A DNA stretch of 64,000 nucleotides from the human T2T-CHM13v2.0 reference genome, Homo sapiens (GCF_009914755.1 NC_060926.1); one strand, 5' to 3'. Positions 39,973 through 60,507 are shown, counted from the first letter of the stretch. The notes: a model not told the origin generated them from the letters alone. Made by a program: numbers and translations.

Positions 39973-42900
39973 CATACATTTATTCCATATGCACCTAAAA
40001 ATGACGGAAGAGGAGACAGACAGATTTGCTGACTGTGGTCTGCTCCAGGAGGCTGTCTGCTATTCCCTCTCTGCTTGTCTCTCTTGTTTTCCCATGGGGA
40101 ACTGCATCACTTGTGAAGACCATGGCCCCCAGCAATGGTGACATCCTTGTCCTGGGAGAGAAAGGGGCTTGGCTGCTCCCCACAGAGTATGGGTGCAGGC
40201 TGGAGAGGAAGTCCCAGGTTAGCCCCTCAGAATCCTGGGTGGGGTCCAGCCTGGCTCTGGCATGGGCTCTGAAACCAGGGGACTTCCCACAGGACTCTGC
40301 CTGGCAGTCAGAAGGGGAAAGCACCTCACTGAGCAGCCCTTCCTCTCCACTCAGCCTGCAGGAAGCTGGTGGGGCTTCCTACCCCAGAACTGCCTTAGCC
40401 GGCCTTGCCCCTCCCCTCCTGGTCCTGCTCTTTCTGGGCTGGGGGAGGGAGGCTGGCTGGCTGTTTGCTGTTGAAAATAAAAGGCGAATTCAATCAGAAC
40501 TTAAGCCAGACCCCATCCTAAGGAGCAAGGCCACTCCCCTCCCAGATCAGGTCACACTCCCCTGGCAAGGCAGGCACTCTGACTACACACAGGTTTACAC
40601 CCTCTAGCAGAGCCCAGGGCCAGGAGGCTCCATCTGGTCAGGCACCAGGACACGTTTGCGGTGACAGTGACTCTGTCCCTGACTTCCACAGGCCAAAGGT
40701 AAGCCTACCTGCAGTGACCTTTCCCCAGCATTAAAGACCAGTGCTCACCGTGGCCTTGGGACTCTCACAGAGCCCTGTGTATCCGCATTCACCCCTCGCC
40801 TGCGCCCCGCCCGTGCCTTCCCATGATGCACTCATCCCTTCCTGCGAATCCCAGCAGGCCTGCCCAGCTCCCTGTGCCTCAAGGCTGCACCTAGGCAAGG
40901 AGAAGTCCCAGAGCCAGCACACATGGAGAGCCGGAGCCATGCTGGGGTCCCTGACATCAGTGAACCTGACCTTGTGCCCATGGTTGAGGCTGCTCCATGG
41001 AGGGCAGTGGGATACCAGCTGGGCCATGGCTAACACCCCCATTCCAGGCCTGCCCTGCTGCTGGCCCAGGCAGGTCACTGTCCTCCAGGGCCCAGCCTCC
41101 TCACCTACAAACGGCAGTGAAGTGCATGTCCAGCAAGGCCAGGAGTCTCAGGACACCTGTCTGGAGTCTTGTTCACTGCCTACCTGGCCAGGCATGGGGC
41201 TGGGGGTGACAGGGCAAGTGGGGCCTCTTGGCACAACCAGCCACAATCTAGGAGGGCAGAGGCCAGCCCTTTGGCTGGGTCACTGCCCATCCCTGAGGTG
41301 GGAACTGGAGAGAAGCCCTGGAGTGGGCTTGGCAAGAGGCTGGAGCAATGGCCCTGGACGAGGGGCGGTGCCGGAGATGGTGGCCGGCATCCGAGCCCTC
41401 TCTACAAACTGCCACACCCAATCCTGCTGCCATCCTAAGAGGCAGACAGTGGGCAAGTGGCTAGCCCCACCCCACAGCAATCAGGGGCAGAACTAGGGTT
41501 GATGAGGAGTTCTCCCAGCCTCACCCAGTGCAGCCCCTACAGAGAAAGGGGAACCCCTGGGGTCAGGGGAGCTGGAGCCCTGTCATGCTCAGCACCATGG
41601 GCCTAGACGGGAACCAGCAGAGATGAGCCCGTGCTCATTGGGGATGGAGTTTCCACCCTACCCTCTAGGCAGGTGCCCGGGACAGAGGCTGGCTCCATGC
41701 AGGACTGGCTCTGGGGGCAAGGAGGGGTGGAGGACGGCAGGTGACCTCACTCCTCCATCCACTTCCTGGAGGGAGTAGGGAACTGGCTGGCTGGAGGCAG
41801 TCCAGGGAGGAGGGGAACTCCCCCGGAATGGCCTTGAGGGTGCATGAGGCCCTGGGAGCCCTTGAGAAGCAGGCCTTGCCCTGGAGGATAATTTGACAGT
41901 TTGCAAAGCTCCCCGATCCCTGCTTCAGGAGCCTTCTCAGCAGCCCTGTATGGAGCTAAGTCCTCATGTCACCAGGGCTGGTGGGTGCCGAGGGGACGTG
42001 GTGGCTGCACAGGTCATTCCGCAGCCGGGGCATCTAAGCAGCCTCCTCTGTGCTGCTCACTCAGGCTCCACCCCCTACCTCGGGCAGCCCCCTGGGACCT
42101 GGCAGGGCAGCAAAAGGTCCCTTAGGGCACAGCCTCTCATCTATGAAGACTCTTGGTCTGTCTGCATGGTCATGTCAGCTATTCACTGTGCACCACCAAG
42201 GCTGAGTGGGGCCGAAACCCACCCCCGACCCACCAGCCTGGCAAGGGCCCACAGGACCGTGTCCACCGACTTCATACAGGGCTCTGTGCCTGGGTCTGGA
42301 GCAGGGTCGGGGTGGCCTGACGGGTGTGATCACCACCTCCACTCCACCTGCCTCCTCCCACGAGGCCTGCAGGGGTCCTCCCACACTTTGACCCAGGCAG
42401 CCCGGGACACCCCACTCCCAGGGTGGGGAGTGGCAGAGGTGGGCATAGGCCACATGTGGCTCTCCAAGCAGACCTGTCCCCAGTGGCTGGGCTGGCACAG
42501 GGTTCAGATCATCCTGGTGCCCAAGCACCCTCACACCTAGAGGCAGCCGCTCTTTCTATGGGTCCTGTTTGCAGGCAGGACCCTGAGCTCAGAGAAGCTG
42601 AGTGCCCTGCCCATGGGCGATCGCTCCAATTACTCCACCTGCCCCGGGGTCCCCACTGCTGAGGGGGTGGACTGCCTGCGGGCTAAGCAGGGCCTCTGGG
42701 GTGTCTCTACTCCAGGACAGGTAGAGTCAGATTCCAGATTCTCTAAGATCTTGGAATCTGAGTGGGGCAGGGGCGGCCCCTTGCTCAGCAAGAGCCTCTA
42801 GGGATCTCCATCCTCACCACTCCTCCAGGTGTCAAGCCTTTCAGGGTGTCAGGCACCCATAAGCACTTTGCAGCCTCTTTTTCTCCTCATCCCGCCTCGG

Positions 42901-43212
42901 GGGAAGCCCTCAGAGCTTGAGAAGGCTGTGCTAGTCATCTGTGTTTTTGCAGCCAGAAAGTGGGGGATCCCAGCGCTGCTCCTGGCTGCTTCACTCTCAT
43001 GCCACCTCCTTTAAGGCCCATCATTTCCCTGCCAAACACCATTACTGTGACAGCAGCAGTGGCTCTTGGCACAGCCAACTACTAGTCTGTGAGCCCATGG
43101 TGCCCACCAGGGGACAGAGGACCCTGAGCCCAGGCTCCCAGCTCTTTACCTGGGAGGGTAGGTCCAGAGATGCACAACCCCAATAGCTGGTGCTGAAAGA
43201 CCAGGTCCTCAA

Positions 43213-43733
<521 letters not shown>

Positions 43734-43877
43734 TCAACTTGGCAGAACTGGGACCCCACCAGCCCCCTAAACTTTACACTGACCACATCTCTACTCCAGC
43801 AATGACACAGAGCACCCTCTGCTACCTGTACCCCCAGTCCAGAGACCAAGCTCCAGGCTTGCAGGAGGTCTACTTAC

Positions 43878-43905
43878 TGGCCTCGAAGCAGAGCTGGGCA
43901 CCCAT
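43878..43905 (-). CDS. NEURL3: NEURL3 coding exon 1 (ATG; MGAQLCFEA + 1 nt)
   Basis: ATGGGTGCCCAGCTCTGCTTCGAGGCCA|GTAAGT joins exon 2 in frame (A+AC = Asn). 28+486+72+203 = 789 nt = 262 aa + stop, matching my recall of human NEURL3. Confidence 0.93.
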
Positions 43906-43974
43906 CAGTCTAAGGTCCTCGGGCACAGGTCCCCAGGTCTAGAAGGAACTGCCTGGAGAAGGCCAGTGGACAGG

Positions 43975-44085
43975 TTACCAAAGATTCAGCAGGTCTGCTT
44001 TTTATGGGCCAGAGATCACGTTACAAAGTTGATGATTAATTCAATGGTGCTGTCATGTGTTACTATATCCAGGGGATTTCCCAGT
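43975..44085 (-). promoter_or_regulatory. NEURL3: NEURL3 proximal promoter: TATA-like CATAAAAA, HNF1-like site, NF-kB site
   Basis: CATAAAAA (minus strand, 44006-43999), GTTGATGATTAAT 44028-44040, GGGGATTTCCC 44072-44082. Confidence 0.65.
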
Positions 44086-44199
44086 GATTTCTCCTGACTC
44101 GCAGACTGACCTGCTGGAGCTGGCCGGCCTAAGAGAAGGAAACAGGAATGGGGGTCTGGCCTGGGTAGGTCTTACGGTAGCCTTCTTTCTCACTTCTGA

Positions 44200-44372
44200 C
44201 CAATCTCAAGCTGGCTGTGCATTGTAATGGTCCAAGCATGTTAATAAATACCTATGTCCAGCCCCGCCCCCAAAGACTCCGGTTCCACTGGCCTAGGGTG
44301 GAACCCAGGCATCAGGAGTTTACAGAGCAACGCAGATGATTCTAATGTACAGCCAGGATGGAGATTCACTGC
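44200..44372. mobile_element. MER5-like hAT MITE
   Basis: CCTAGGGTGGAACCCAGGCATC...CAGATGATTCTAATGTACAGCCAGG. Confidence 0.7.
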
Positions 44373-44541
44373 AGCAGACCCTGGCACACAGAAGGAACTC
44401 AATCTGTGTTGCTGAAGCAGATTGAATTGCATTTGCTGTATCCCAGGACCTGGGAAATTGTGCACCTCCAACAGAAAGGAGGGGTAAAGCAGACAGAAGA
44501 GGAGAGGAGCTGATGGTCCCTCCAGCCTTTCTCACTGGAAT

Positions 44542-44566
44542 TTCTGGGAATTCCACTTTCCCAGAA
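44542..44566. promoter_or_regulatory. Inverted pair of STAT GAS sites with an overlapping kB-like site
   Basis: TTCTGGGAA-ttccact-TTCCCAGAA; GGGAATTCCA at 44546-44555. Confidence 0.5.
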
Positions 44567-44833
44567 CTGCCACAAAATGCAAATAGCCCTACAGACAGTC
44601 ACTGCAAAGGTCTAGCTCCCAATGTGTTAGCACTGGAAAAGAAGCCAAAGGTATTCTAGCCCGTCAATATTTATTTCGGTTAGGAAAACTGAGGATCATG
44701 GAGGGAAGGTGGCTTACTCTAACCTAGTGCTCCTCACTCACATTGCAACATACTCTCAAATCTCCTGGGGATCTTGTTAAAATGCAGATTGACTCAGAAA
44801 GCCTGAGGCCCTACCTGAGATAAGTGGACCCGA

Positions 44834-45122
44834 CTTTTTTTTTTGAGACAGGGTCTCACTGTCATTCAGGCTAGAGTGCAGTGGTGTGATCATGGCTCAC
44901 TACAACCTCAAACTCCCAAGCTCAATTGATCCTCCCACCTCAGCCTCCTGAGTAGCTGGGACCACAGGTGCATTCCACCATGCTCAGCTAATATTTCTGA
45001 TATTGTGAAGACAGGTCTAGCTATGTGGCCCAGGCTGGTCTCAAACTTCTGGCCTCAAGCAGTCCCCCCATCTTGGCATCCCCAGGTGCTGAGATTACAG
45101 GCATGAGCCACCGCACCTGGCC
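44834..45122 (-). mobile_element. AluJ with target-site duplication
   Basis: AAGTGGACCC(G/C)ACTTT at 44822 and 45123. Confidence 0.9.
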
Positions 45123-45616
45123 AAGTGGACCCCACTTTCGGGGGCAAGGGCCTGGTGGGTTTGGAGCCTTGTGAGTGCCCTGACCCTCAACCTGTGGGCT
45201 AAGCCCCTCCCAAGACCCCAGATCAAGGCCACAATCAGTGACTGCTCGGCTAAGGGATGGCTAGTGCCAGGTACGTCTCCACCTTAGTGCAGGCTGCCTT
45301 GGGTGGTTCCCCAGAGCGCTGCAGCCATGCATCTTGTTAATAAATCACACTCTCATGAGAGGTATGTATGGCATCTTATTAGGGAAGTCAACTCTGAGCC
45401 TCAGACTGTCTGGAAAATTACCTGGCAAGCTATGGCCCTCAGGCCACCCAAAGCCAGCAGGCTGGGGTGGTATAGTTGCATCAGTGGGACCTTGGGCCAT
45501 GAGGCAGCTGGGGGGCAGAGGAGGTCATTCTGAGGAGCTAAAAAACCTGCCTAAAGCCTCCCGTCCAGGGTACAGGCATACCCGCCACACACTCTGTGTT
45601 TGTTTATTGAACAAAC

Positions 45617-46381
<765 letters not shown>

Positions 46382-46529
46382 GGAATGCTACCGTTCTAAG
46401 TCCAGAACTTACCTGACAGTCCTCATGGCAACTCCTCAAAAAGGTCCTGTTTATTGTAATCATTTCCATTATACACGTGGGGAAACTGAGGCACACGACA
46501 GTTACGCAGCTTGTTCAGCTCACTAGGCA

Positions 46530-47400
46530 TGACGTGACAGGCTGGGATTGGCCCAGGTATCGTGGCTGGAGACCGTCTGCCTTGCGCCCCTCCACGGCCA
46601 CTCGCCGCGGAGACTCCGCCCCTTGGAAGTGCCCCCTAATTAGGAATATCTCCTCCACTGGACTGCGCGGGCACAGAGCAGGAGATTTGTAGATAGGCCT
46701 AACTTGCTGCTGAGTGTCAGGTTGAGGCTGCCCCGCAGTAGATGTCACCCGCCAGCCCCGCTGCAAACCTTTGCTCTGAGAGGGGCGGGCCCGTGCCCTC
46801 AAGCGCGGGGCGGTCTCCGCTGTGCAGAGACTGAGGCGGCCCCTGCTGGCGGCGGTCAGTACTGCAGGAGGCGCCGAGGGCCCGGGAGCCCCCAAAGCCG
46901 GGAGGGGCGCCCCAGAGGGAGGTGAGCGGCGCCGAGGCTCACTATACCGCAGCTCCCACACACCCGTCTCCCAGGGTGGGTGGTAGCCTCACTGGGACCC
47001 CTCTGTTGCAGTCGGCCTCTCTTGCCCAGAGCCCCATCACTACACATGTCTTCACGCAGGTTATCTCTCAAGACTCAACCCGCGCTCCGGGAAGAGCCTG
47101 GCACACGAGGAAGCCACTGCTGCCCCGCGCCCACTCCAGCGTGCGGCCCAGCGGGACCGGGAGCCCAGCCCAACCTGGGGCACTGTCAGGCAGCCCGGTC
47201 CCTCGTGGGCCCTGCCATTAAGGCCCAGGGACGCCTACCTATGACACTTGCCAGCCCTCATCCGTTCCCCGCCGGGCCAAAATCTCAGAGGGCAGGGGCT
47301 GCCCTGCCTAGAAACCAGCCCCAGAACATCAGGGCCGCGGGCGCTGTGGGCGGTCGGCCAGGGCGCGCAGGGGCCAAACAGGGCAGCGTTGGGAGCTTTT
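46530..47400. promoter_or_regulatory. NEURL3: CpG island; probable upstream/alternative NEURL3 promoter
   Basis: CpG-dense, with GC boxes (GGGGCGGG ~46782; GGGGCGG ~46807), TGACGTGA near 46530 and CTCF-like CCAGCAGGGGCCGC (minus, 46836-46849). A consensus minus-strand donor CAG|GTAAGT lies at 46413/46412. Confidence 0.65.
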
Positions 47401-49194
47401 GCACAAGGCACCCCTCTGCCAGCCTCATGGCCCAGCCATGCCACCCCCGTGAACCAAGTGTGCTGGCCCACAGCAGCGCTCTGCACAACAGCCCCAGCCT
47501 GGAAACAAGCGAATGTCCACTGCTGTCCACCTCACACTCAGCTGGGGGAGCTGAACTGCTCAGATCCCCGGGAATGCAGGGCCCATTCCCCGGAGGCCAA
47601 GGCCAGTGTCCCACCCACACCCAGTCCAGGCCTATGCTTCCCCGGGTCTGCCGCCTAAGCAGCCCTGTCCCTGATCTCTGTCTCAGAGGCTGCTCCCGGC
47701 CCAGCTTCCCACAACCATCAGCAGGACCTAAACTGCCACATATGCGCGCCATGGAATACTGTGCCAATGACAACAAATTACTGCTACCTGCAACGACGAG
47801 GATAAACCTCACAGCCGTGAGGCTGATGTAAGGGAAGACCCAAAGAGCACCGCGTGCTGCCATTCATAGGAAGTTCAGGCAAAACCCATCCGTGGTGTTC
47901 GAAGCAGGACAAGGCTGCCTTTGGGAGGTAGTGATCGGCAGGGACACGGGAAGCCTCTGGGGAGCTGGAAACGTCCTGCACCTTGATCGTGGTCACACAG
48001 GTGTGTAGATGTACAAAAAAACCCTTCCAATCGGACCCTCAAATCATACATAAATTGCGTCTTCGTGTTATGTTGGCTAAGCCCTTCCAGCCCTAACAAT
48101 GTCGTTCTGGCGGAGCTGGTGAGTCAGGGAGCATCCACGCCGCCTGGGAAGACCGGCTCTGGAGGCTGGAGGGCTTGACCAGCACTGCCACCCGGTGGCC
48201 GGCAGCGGAACTGACCACAGGCCTGGTGCCCTGGAGGGAATGGGCCACAAACGCTCCGCCAGGACTGCACCTGTGTCCTAGGCGCCGCCCTCAGCCACCA
48301 AGTCGGCCTGCCTCTCGAGCACCCAACAACTCCAACAAGCCCTCTGGACCAATAGCTGCAGCCCCCACGGGGCCTTGGGGGTGGGAGGGAGGAGAGGGAG
48401 GCCAGCCTGTAGCACAGTACCAGCCCAGAGTTATTAACAGGTCTGTGCTGTCACTTCCGCTCTGCTGCGGTCCTCCTGGGTCCTGATTCTGCCGAGCGCC
48501 TCCACAGCCTTCCTCCCTCCTGGTTCTCCCCGCCAGCAGCCAGCACGGGAGCGCCCACTGGGCATGAATGGGGAGCCTGCCAGAGAGGGGAGCTGGGGGA
48601 GAGAGGCACAGCTTCCAGGCCTGGCGTGGCTGCTCATGCCTGTGCGTGAGGGAAGGGTCAAGGGAAAGGTGTGCCCTCTCTTCTTTTGGTTTCTTGTTTT
48701 CCTTTTTCCCGTGCCCCCTCACCCCATACACAACTGTCAGGGTGTCTGTCCTGGAAAGACACCTGGTACCTGCCCTGGTGGTGCCTGCCCTGTGTGGGGT
48801 GTGTGTATGCGTGTGCATGCGTGTGCATGTGTGCATGCATGTGTGTTCAACAGGAATTGATTTAGTGCCTGCTATGTGCCAAGCACTGTCCCAGTTCTGG
48901 GTAACCAGAGATTGAAGGAAACCCAATCCTCATCCTTCAGCCACTTTGTGCATGCCCTGGAATTTAGGTAAGTGCTACAAGAGGGCCAAACTGAGGGCTG
49001 GGAAAACCAGCGGTGTCGAGGGGTTGTTATGCCCAGGGAATGGGTGAAGGTTTTGTGGAAGAAGAGTTATTAAAATTGTGCCCTGAAAGGTAAATAGGAT
49101 TTCAACAGCCAAGAAAGGAATGAAAGGCATTTCAGGGAGAAGGAATACACACACAAAAGCATAGGAAAGGAGACATGATCTGTGCTGTATGGTT

Positions 49195-49635
49195 GTATCA
49201 GGTAGGATTAGGATTGCTTGCATGCAAGAGAATGTCCAAAAGGACAGTGGCTTGAGCAAGGCATGTTCATTTCTTTTTCACATAAAATAAGCTGAAGACA
49301 GGCAGTCCAGCTAGTCATGACACCTCTGCAGCCATAGGGGACCCAGGCTTTCTCCGCTGTTCAGCTCCACCATTCTAGCACTGGCCTCAAGGTCACGTCA
49401 TGTACCAAAAGTGCTGCTGGAACTCCAGCCAGTACATCAGAGCTCCAAGCATCAGGGAAGAGAAAGACTCAAATGGGCACTCCTCTAAGCTAAGCCAAGC
49501 CAGCTTGCAATTAAGCTGATTTACTGGAGGGCCTATGTAACGTTTTCATTTATAGCTCATTGGCCAGAACCTTGTCACATGGCCACAGCTAGCTGCAAGG
49601 GAAACTGAGAAATGTGGTCTTTATCGGGAAGAGCA
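49195..49635 (-). mobile_element. MLT1J/K-type LTR (an L2 fragment ~48850-49190 precedes it)
   Basis: CTCATTGGCCAGAACCTTGTCACATGGCCACAGCTAGCTGCAAGGGAAACTGAGAAATGTGGTC. Confidence 0.75.
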
Positions 49636-50789
49636 GCTAAAAATTGGGGTCTGTCACTAAGGAAGAAGGAGAAACTGGATGTTGGTGGGAAGCCAGCACT
49701 GCCTAGCCCAGGGTAGAGTGGAGCAGTGGTCCTTCAACTTGTGGGGAGGGGGGCAGGAAGGCAGCCTGATCACAGGGGCCGTGCCGTGGAGGGGCTGGAC
49801 TCTTCCATAGCAAATAGGGGATTGCTGAAAGATTCTCAGCAGGAGCCAAGGGTTGAGGAACCTGGAACTGTCTGCTTGGGGGAAAGAACCATTGGGCAGA
49901 AAATGGAAGCATGCAAGGAGGGGAAGGGAACTGTGAGAAGTTAATAAGGGCACGAGGCAGGGAAGGGCACCCCAGGAGAGCCAAGGCTAAGCCTGGCAAC
50001 AGTGGGAGGTGATGCCAGGGCCCCGGGGAGGGACACAGATCTACTGAGGGTAGTCTGGGAGGAACACAGTACTAGCAGATAGCTGTGTCTGAGGCAGCTG
50101 TTAACCATCAAGTCAGGTGGCTCAAAGGCAACTGAGAATCCAAGTGGAAGCTCAGGTGAGATGACAGCACTGGGAACATAGATGAAGCGATCAGTCATAC
50201 AGTGGTGGATGGGATCAGCCAGGCAGGGATCCAGTCGTTCAGCTGGAGGACTCTGATGGATCTTTCGGAGTTACTGGGGAAGGAGAACAATGGAGTGACC
50301 AACTGCATAAATTTTGAAGCCAGAGCTGGGTTCAAATCCAGACTTTAACAGCCATAAGCCTGTGGGCTGGCTAACAACACTTTCTAAGCCTTAATTTTCT
50401 CATGTGCAAAATGGAAATAAAGAGGCCTTCTGTGCGGGCTGATAGGAGGGCTGAATGAGTAATGAGTAGCACATTCCCACACAGGGAACTGCACTAACCA
50501 GTAAATACCTGCTCTTACCAGTAAACCACCCCCCCGCCCCCCACTTACTGAAGAGGACATCAGTGCCTTTCTTGGGGCCATTCACTGTGCCCGACAGTCC
50601 TCTCACTGCAAGGTGGGGCCCGTGGAGCCCTGTGTGGGATCGCTCAGGTGAGGTCACAAGCACTGTGCCTCTCCAGGACCCTGAGACCTCCAACCCAGCA
50701 TGGCTAGGGCAGCCCCTGGCTCTGCCAAACCTCCTGGACAGGGGCATCTGCAGCCCCAGACAGGTGGGTCAAGAGAAGTGTTATGCCTC

Positions 50790-51050
50790 CTGCCAGCAGG
50801 GAAAAGGGGCCAGAGTAGGCCATGGCATGCCCCTTTCCTTAAAGGGCACAGCCAGAAAGAGCACACATGGCCCAAACTTCAGCTTGAATCCCATTGACCA
50901 AAGCTTAGTTGTGTGGCCACATCCAGCTGCAAGGAACTGGGAAGTGTAGGCTTCATTCTGGGCAATCATGTGCCCAGCTAGACAGAAATTGGAGTGTTCC
51001 AATATTACAATAGAGAAGGAGAGAATGGATATTGAGGGAAAACAGCAGCC
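50790..51050 (-). mobile_element. MLT1K-like LTR fragment
   Basis: ATCCCATTGACCAAAGCTTAGTTGTGTGGCCACATCCAGCTGCAAGGAACTGGGAAGTGTAG. Confidence 0.65.
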
Positions 51051-51517
51051 ATAGGGTGCAGGGAAAGAGAGAGGGCATGGCACCCTGGGTGCAGGGTGGT
51101 GGGAGGCTCTGAGCGCTGGGAGACCCCATGCCCCTGGGACTCACATGTGCTGCATGCACATCGCCTGGCACCCAGCCCGCAGGAACTCAGCTGTGGGGGC
51201 ACTGTGGGTGGGTGGGCAGGGGAGCTGTTGTAGCTGAGAACCACCTCTACTGGCCAGAAGGACAAATCACCAACTTCTCCAGTAGAATTTTTCCAGATCC
51301 CTGGAGTTCCTTCTGGTCCCTCACCAAAGCCAAAATAGCGCAGAGAGGAAGAAAATATCTTCCTTCCACTCCTCTGAGTTTTTGCCCATTGTCAAAGCTC
51401 ATTGCAGCCATTGTCATTGTCTCTACTGCCCAGGCCTTGGGCACAGTCCATCCTCCACAGGCAGGGATTGACCATTCCCTAGGTCTCCTGACACCCCCTC
51501 CACCCTGGCAGAGCTAG

Positions 51518-53108
<1,591 letters not shown>

Positions 53109-53498
53109 AGATCAGGGTCCTGAGTGAAATCTCACATGTCCTTTGAAAATGTGCAAAAGTACAGTACATGTACTGGGCGACATGTATCATTTTTAAGCCA
53201 CACTTCTTTGTTCTCAGGTTTGTTCTGGATCATCCAGGTGGCTAAGTCAGAGGCTACTGGGTGGGTGTGGGGCTGCAGGCTTTGGATGGAACTGCAGACA
53301 TAGCATGCATGTTTGCATGAGTCACTCCGCGTGGAGGCTGCAGGTGAGTGCATTAGCTGAGGGTAGTGTGCTATTTATTTGAGCCGAAGTAAGGAGACTG
53401 CCTGGATCCTCTGGATCCTCTTTCTCCATTCAGAGAGAAGCCCACTGCCTCCTGCTCAAGGGCTCCAGGGACTCCAGGGTGGATGGGGTAAGCAAGGC

Positions 53499-53790
53499 TC
53501 CATTTTCATGCTGCCGATAAAGACATACCCGAGACTGGACAATTTCCAAAAGAAAGAGGTTTATTGGACTTACGGTTCCACATGGCTGGGGAGGCCTCAC
53601 AATCATGGTGGAAGGCAAGGAGGAGCAAGTCACATCTTGCATGGATGGCACCAGGCAAAGGAGAAAGCTTGTGCAGAGACACTCCCGTTTTAAAAACCAT
53701 TACATCTTGTGAGACCCATTCACTATCACAAGAACAGCACGGGAAAGATCCCCCACGCCATGATTCAATCATCTCCCACTAGGTCCCTCC
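53499..53790 (-). mobile_element. THE1 (THE1B/C-like) MaLR LTR, truncated
   Basis: CCATTTTCATGCTGCCGATAAAGACATACCCGAGACTGG...CACATGGCTGGGGAGGCCTCACAATCATGGTGGAAGGC. Confidence 0.9.
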
Positions 53791-54019
53791 TTCTCCTTGT
53801 CTCCTTTCCTGCGGATGTTTTCTTCCCTGCAGCCCAGTGCACCCAGGTAGCCTCTTTCCCCTTGATTTTACTCAGGTAGCACTGACACAGACATTTGTGA
53901 GCAACAACTTTTACTGAAGGTTTAGGGTCACACAAAGTGTGAGCAGGGAGGCAAGGCTTACAGTGCAGCTCACAGCACAGAGAACCAAGTTAAACTGAAT
54001 CTCAGGCAACCATTATTTA

Positions 54020-54370
<351 letters not shown>

Positions 54371-54589
54371 TGACATCACACTGTTCATTCTTCATAAGCC
54401 AGAGCCTTCCTCCACCCCCAGCCCCCTCATTCTCCCTCTCTTGGAGCCAATTCAAATCTCCTCACCCCCAAATCTATTTCTCATGCAGAGCAGTACAGCT
54501 CCCCCTCTGAACTAATATTATCCCCAGGCCTAACTTTGCGTGCCCCCAAATCTCCCTGAGGTGCTCTGCTAAACATCAAGACCACTGAC

Positions 54590-59400
<4,811 letters not shown>

Positions 59401-60507
59401 AGGGTTATCAACTCCAGGCCTACGTGTTAGAATCACAGATGCTTTAAGATTACAATCATTCCTTTAACGTGGTCTAATTCTAGACATGATTTCTTCACCC
59501 GCCAGTCTGTGTAAACTGAAGGAGGCAGTACAGAGGTTTGTCCTCATGCTGGCTGAATAACTGCACACTTGTCAGGCAGCAGAAATGTGCACAGCCAGAT
59601 GTTTTTTACTAAAATAATCATTTTTTTTTCTACCACAAATACATGAGCCTCAAAGAGTGGCAGCTGTCCTAAATTGATTTATTTTAAATCTACTGGAGCA
59701 CCTACTTTACACTGAGGGTGGCTGTGCTCCTTAAGACATTAGGTTATAGTAATCTGAGTTTTTGTCAATTAAATCATATTTCTCAACCCATTCACAGACG
59801 CTTGTATGTGTATTATATGTTCACATATTATAAATTAGCAAAGTAGAATGCTTAAAAATGTTTTTATCTCATTCAGCCTCTGGTTTACAGATAAGGAAAC
59901 AGATCCAGAGACAGTAATGAGTTTCCAAGAGCCTTAAACTCCTGTTTAAGCACCTGCCGCCTGATTCCACCTCAGCCTCGCTCCACCTTCCCAGAAGAAG
60001 AAAAAAAGGAAGTGACAACAAGGAAGGGGTGAGGCTTACACCAGGAAAGTCTACCTCCCAGAAATCCCCAGCTAACTTCTACTTACATCTCATTGGCCAG
60101 TACTGGATCCTAAGCCTACCCCTAGCTGCAAGGGATGATGGGAAGTATAATTTGTTTGCCAATCCCATCAAAATCAGGGTTCTGCCACATACTTAATTAA
60201 CAACAAATTAACCTACATTTGCTAATTGGCTACTGTTTTAAGGACGTGGCTCAAGTCTTTATCTCCAGATACCTCCAGATTAGGGATACTTCCCCCTAAT
60301 GTTGGCCTTGCTGCACTGTATCATAGTTATTCACAACTTTCTCCAGTAACTAAATTATAAGCTTTTTGAAGTCAGGGACTATTGTGGCGAGGATGAAAAG
60401 CTAGTGTAGGAAAGCGCTTGTGAAATTTTCTGTGCTGTGCATACACAGAGTGATATTTTCATTATCGATAGCAGGAATGCTTTTTGCGCAATCTCACCCA
60501 CCCCAGC

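Noticed and set aside
53582-53594. PRDM9 hotspot motif in the THE1 LTR
   Set aside because: It reads CCTCCCCAGCCAT on the minus strand, which does not match the hot CCTCCCTAGCCAC / CCNCCNTNNCCNC version.
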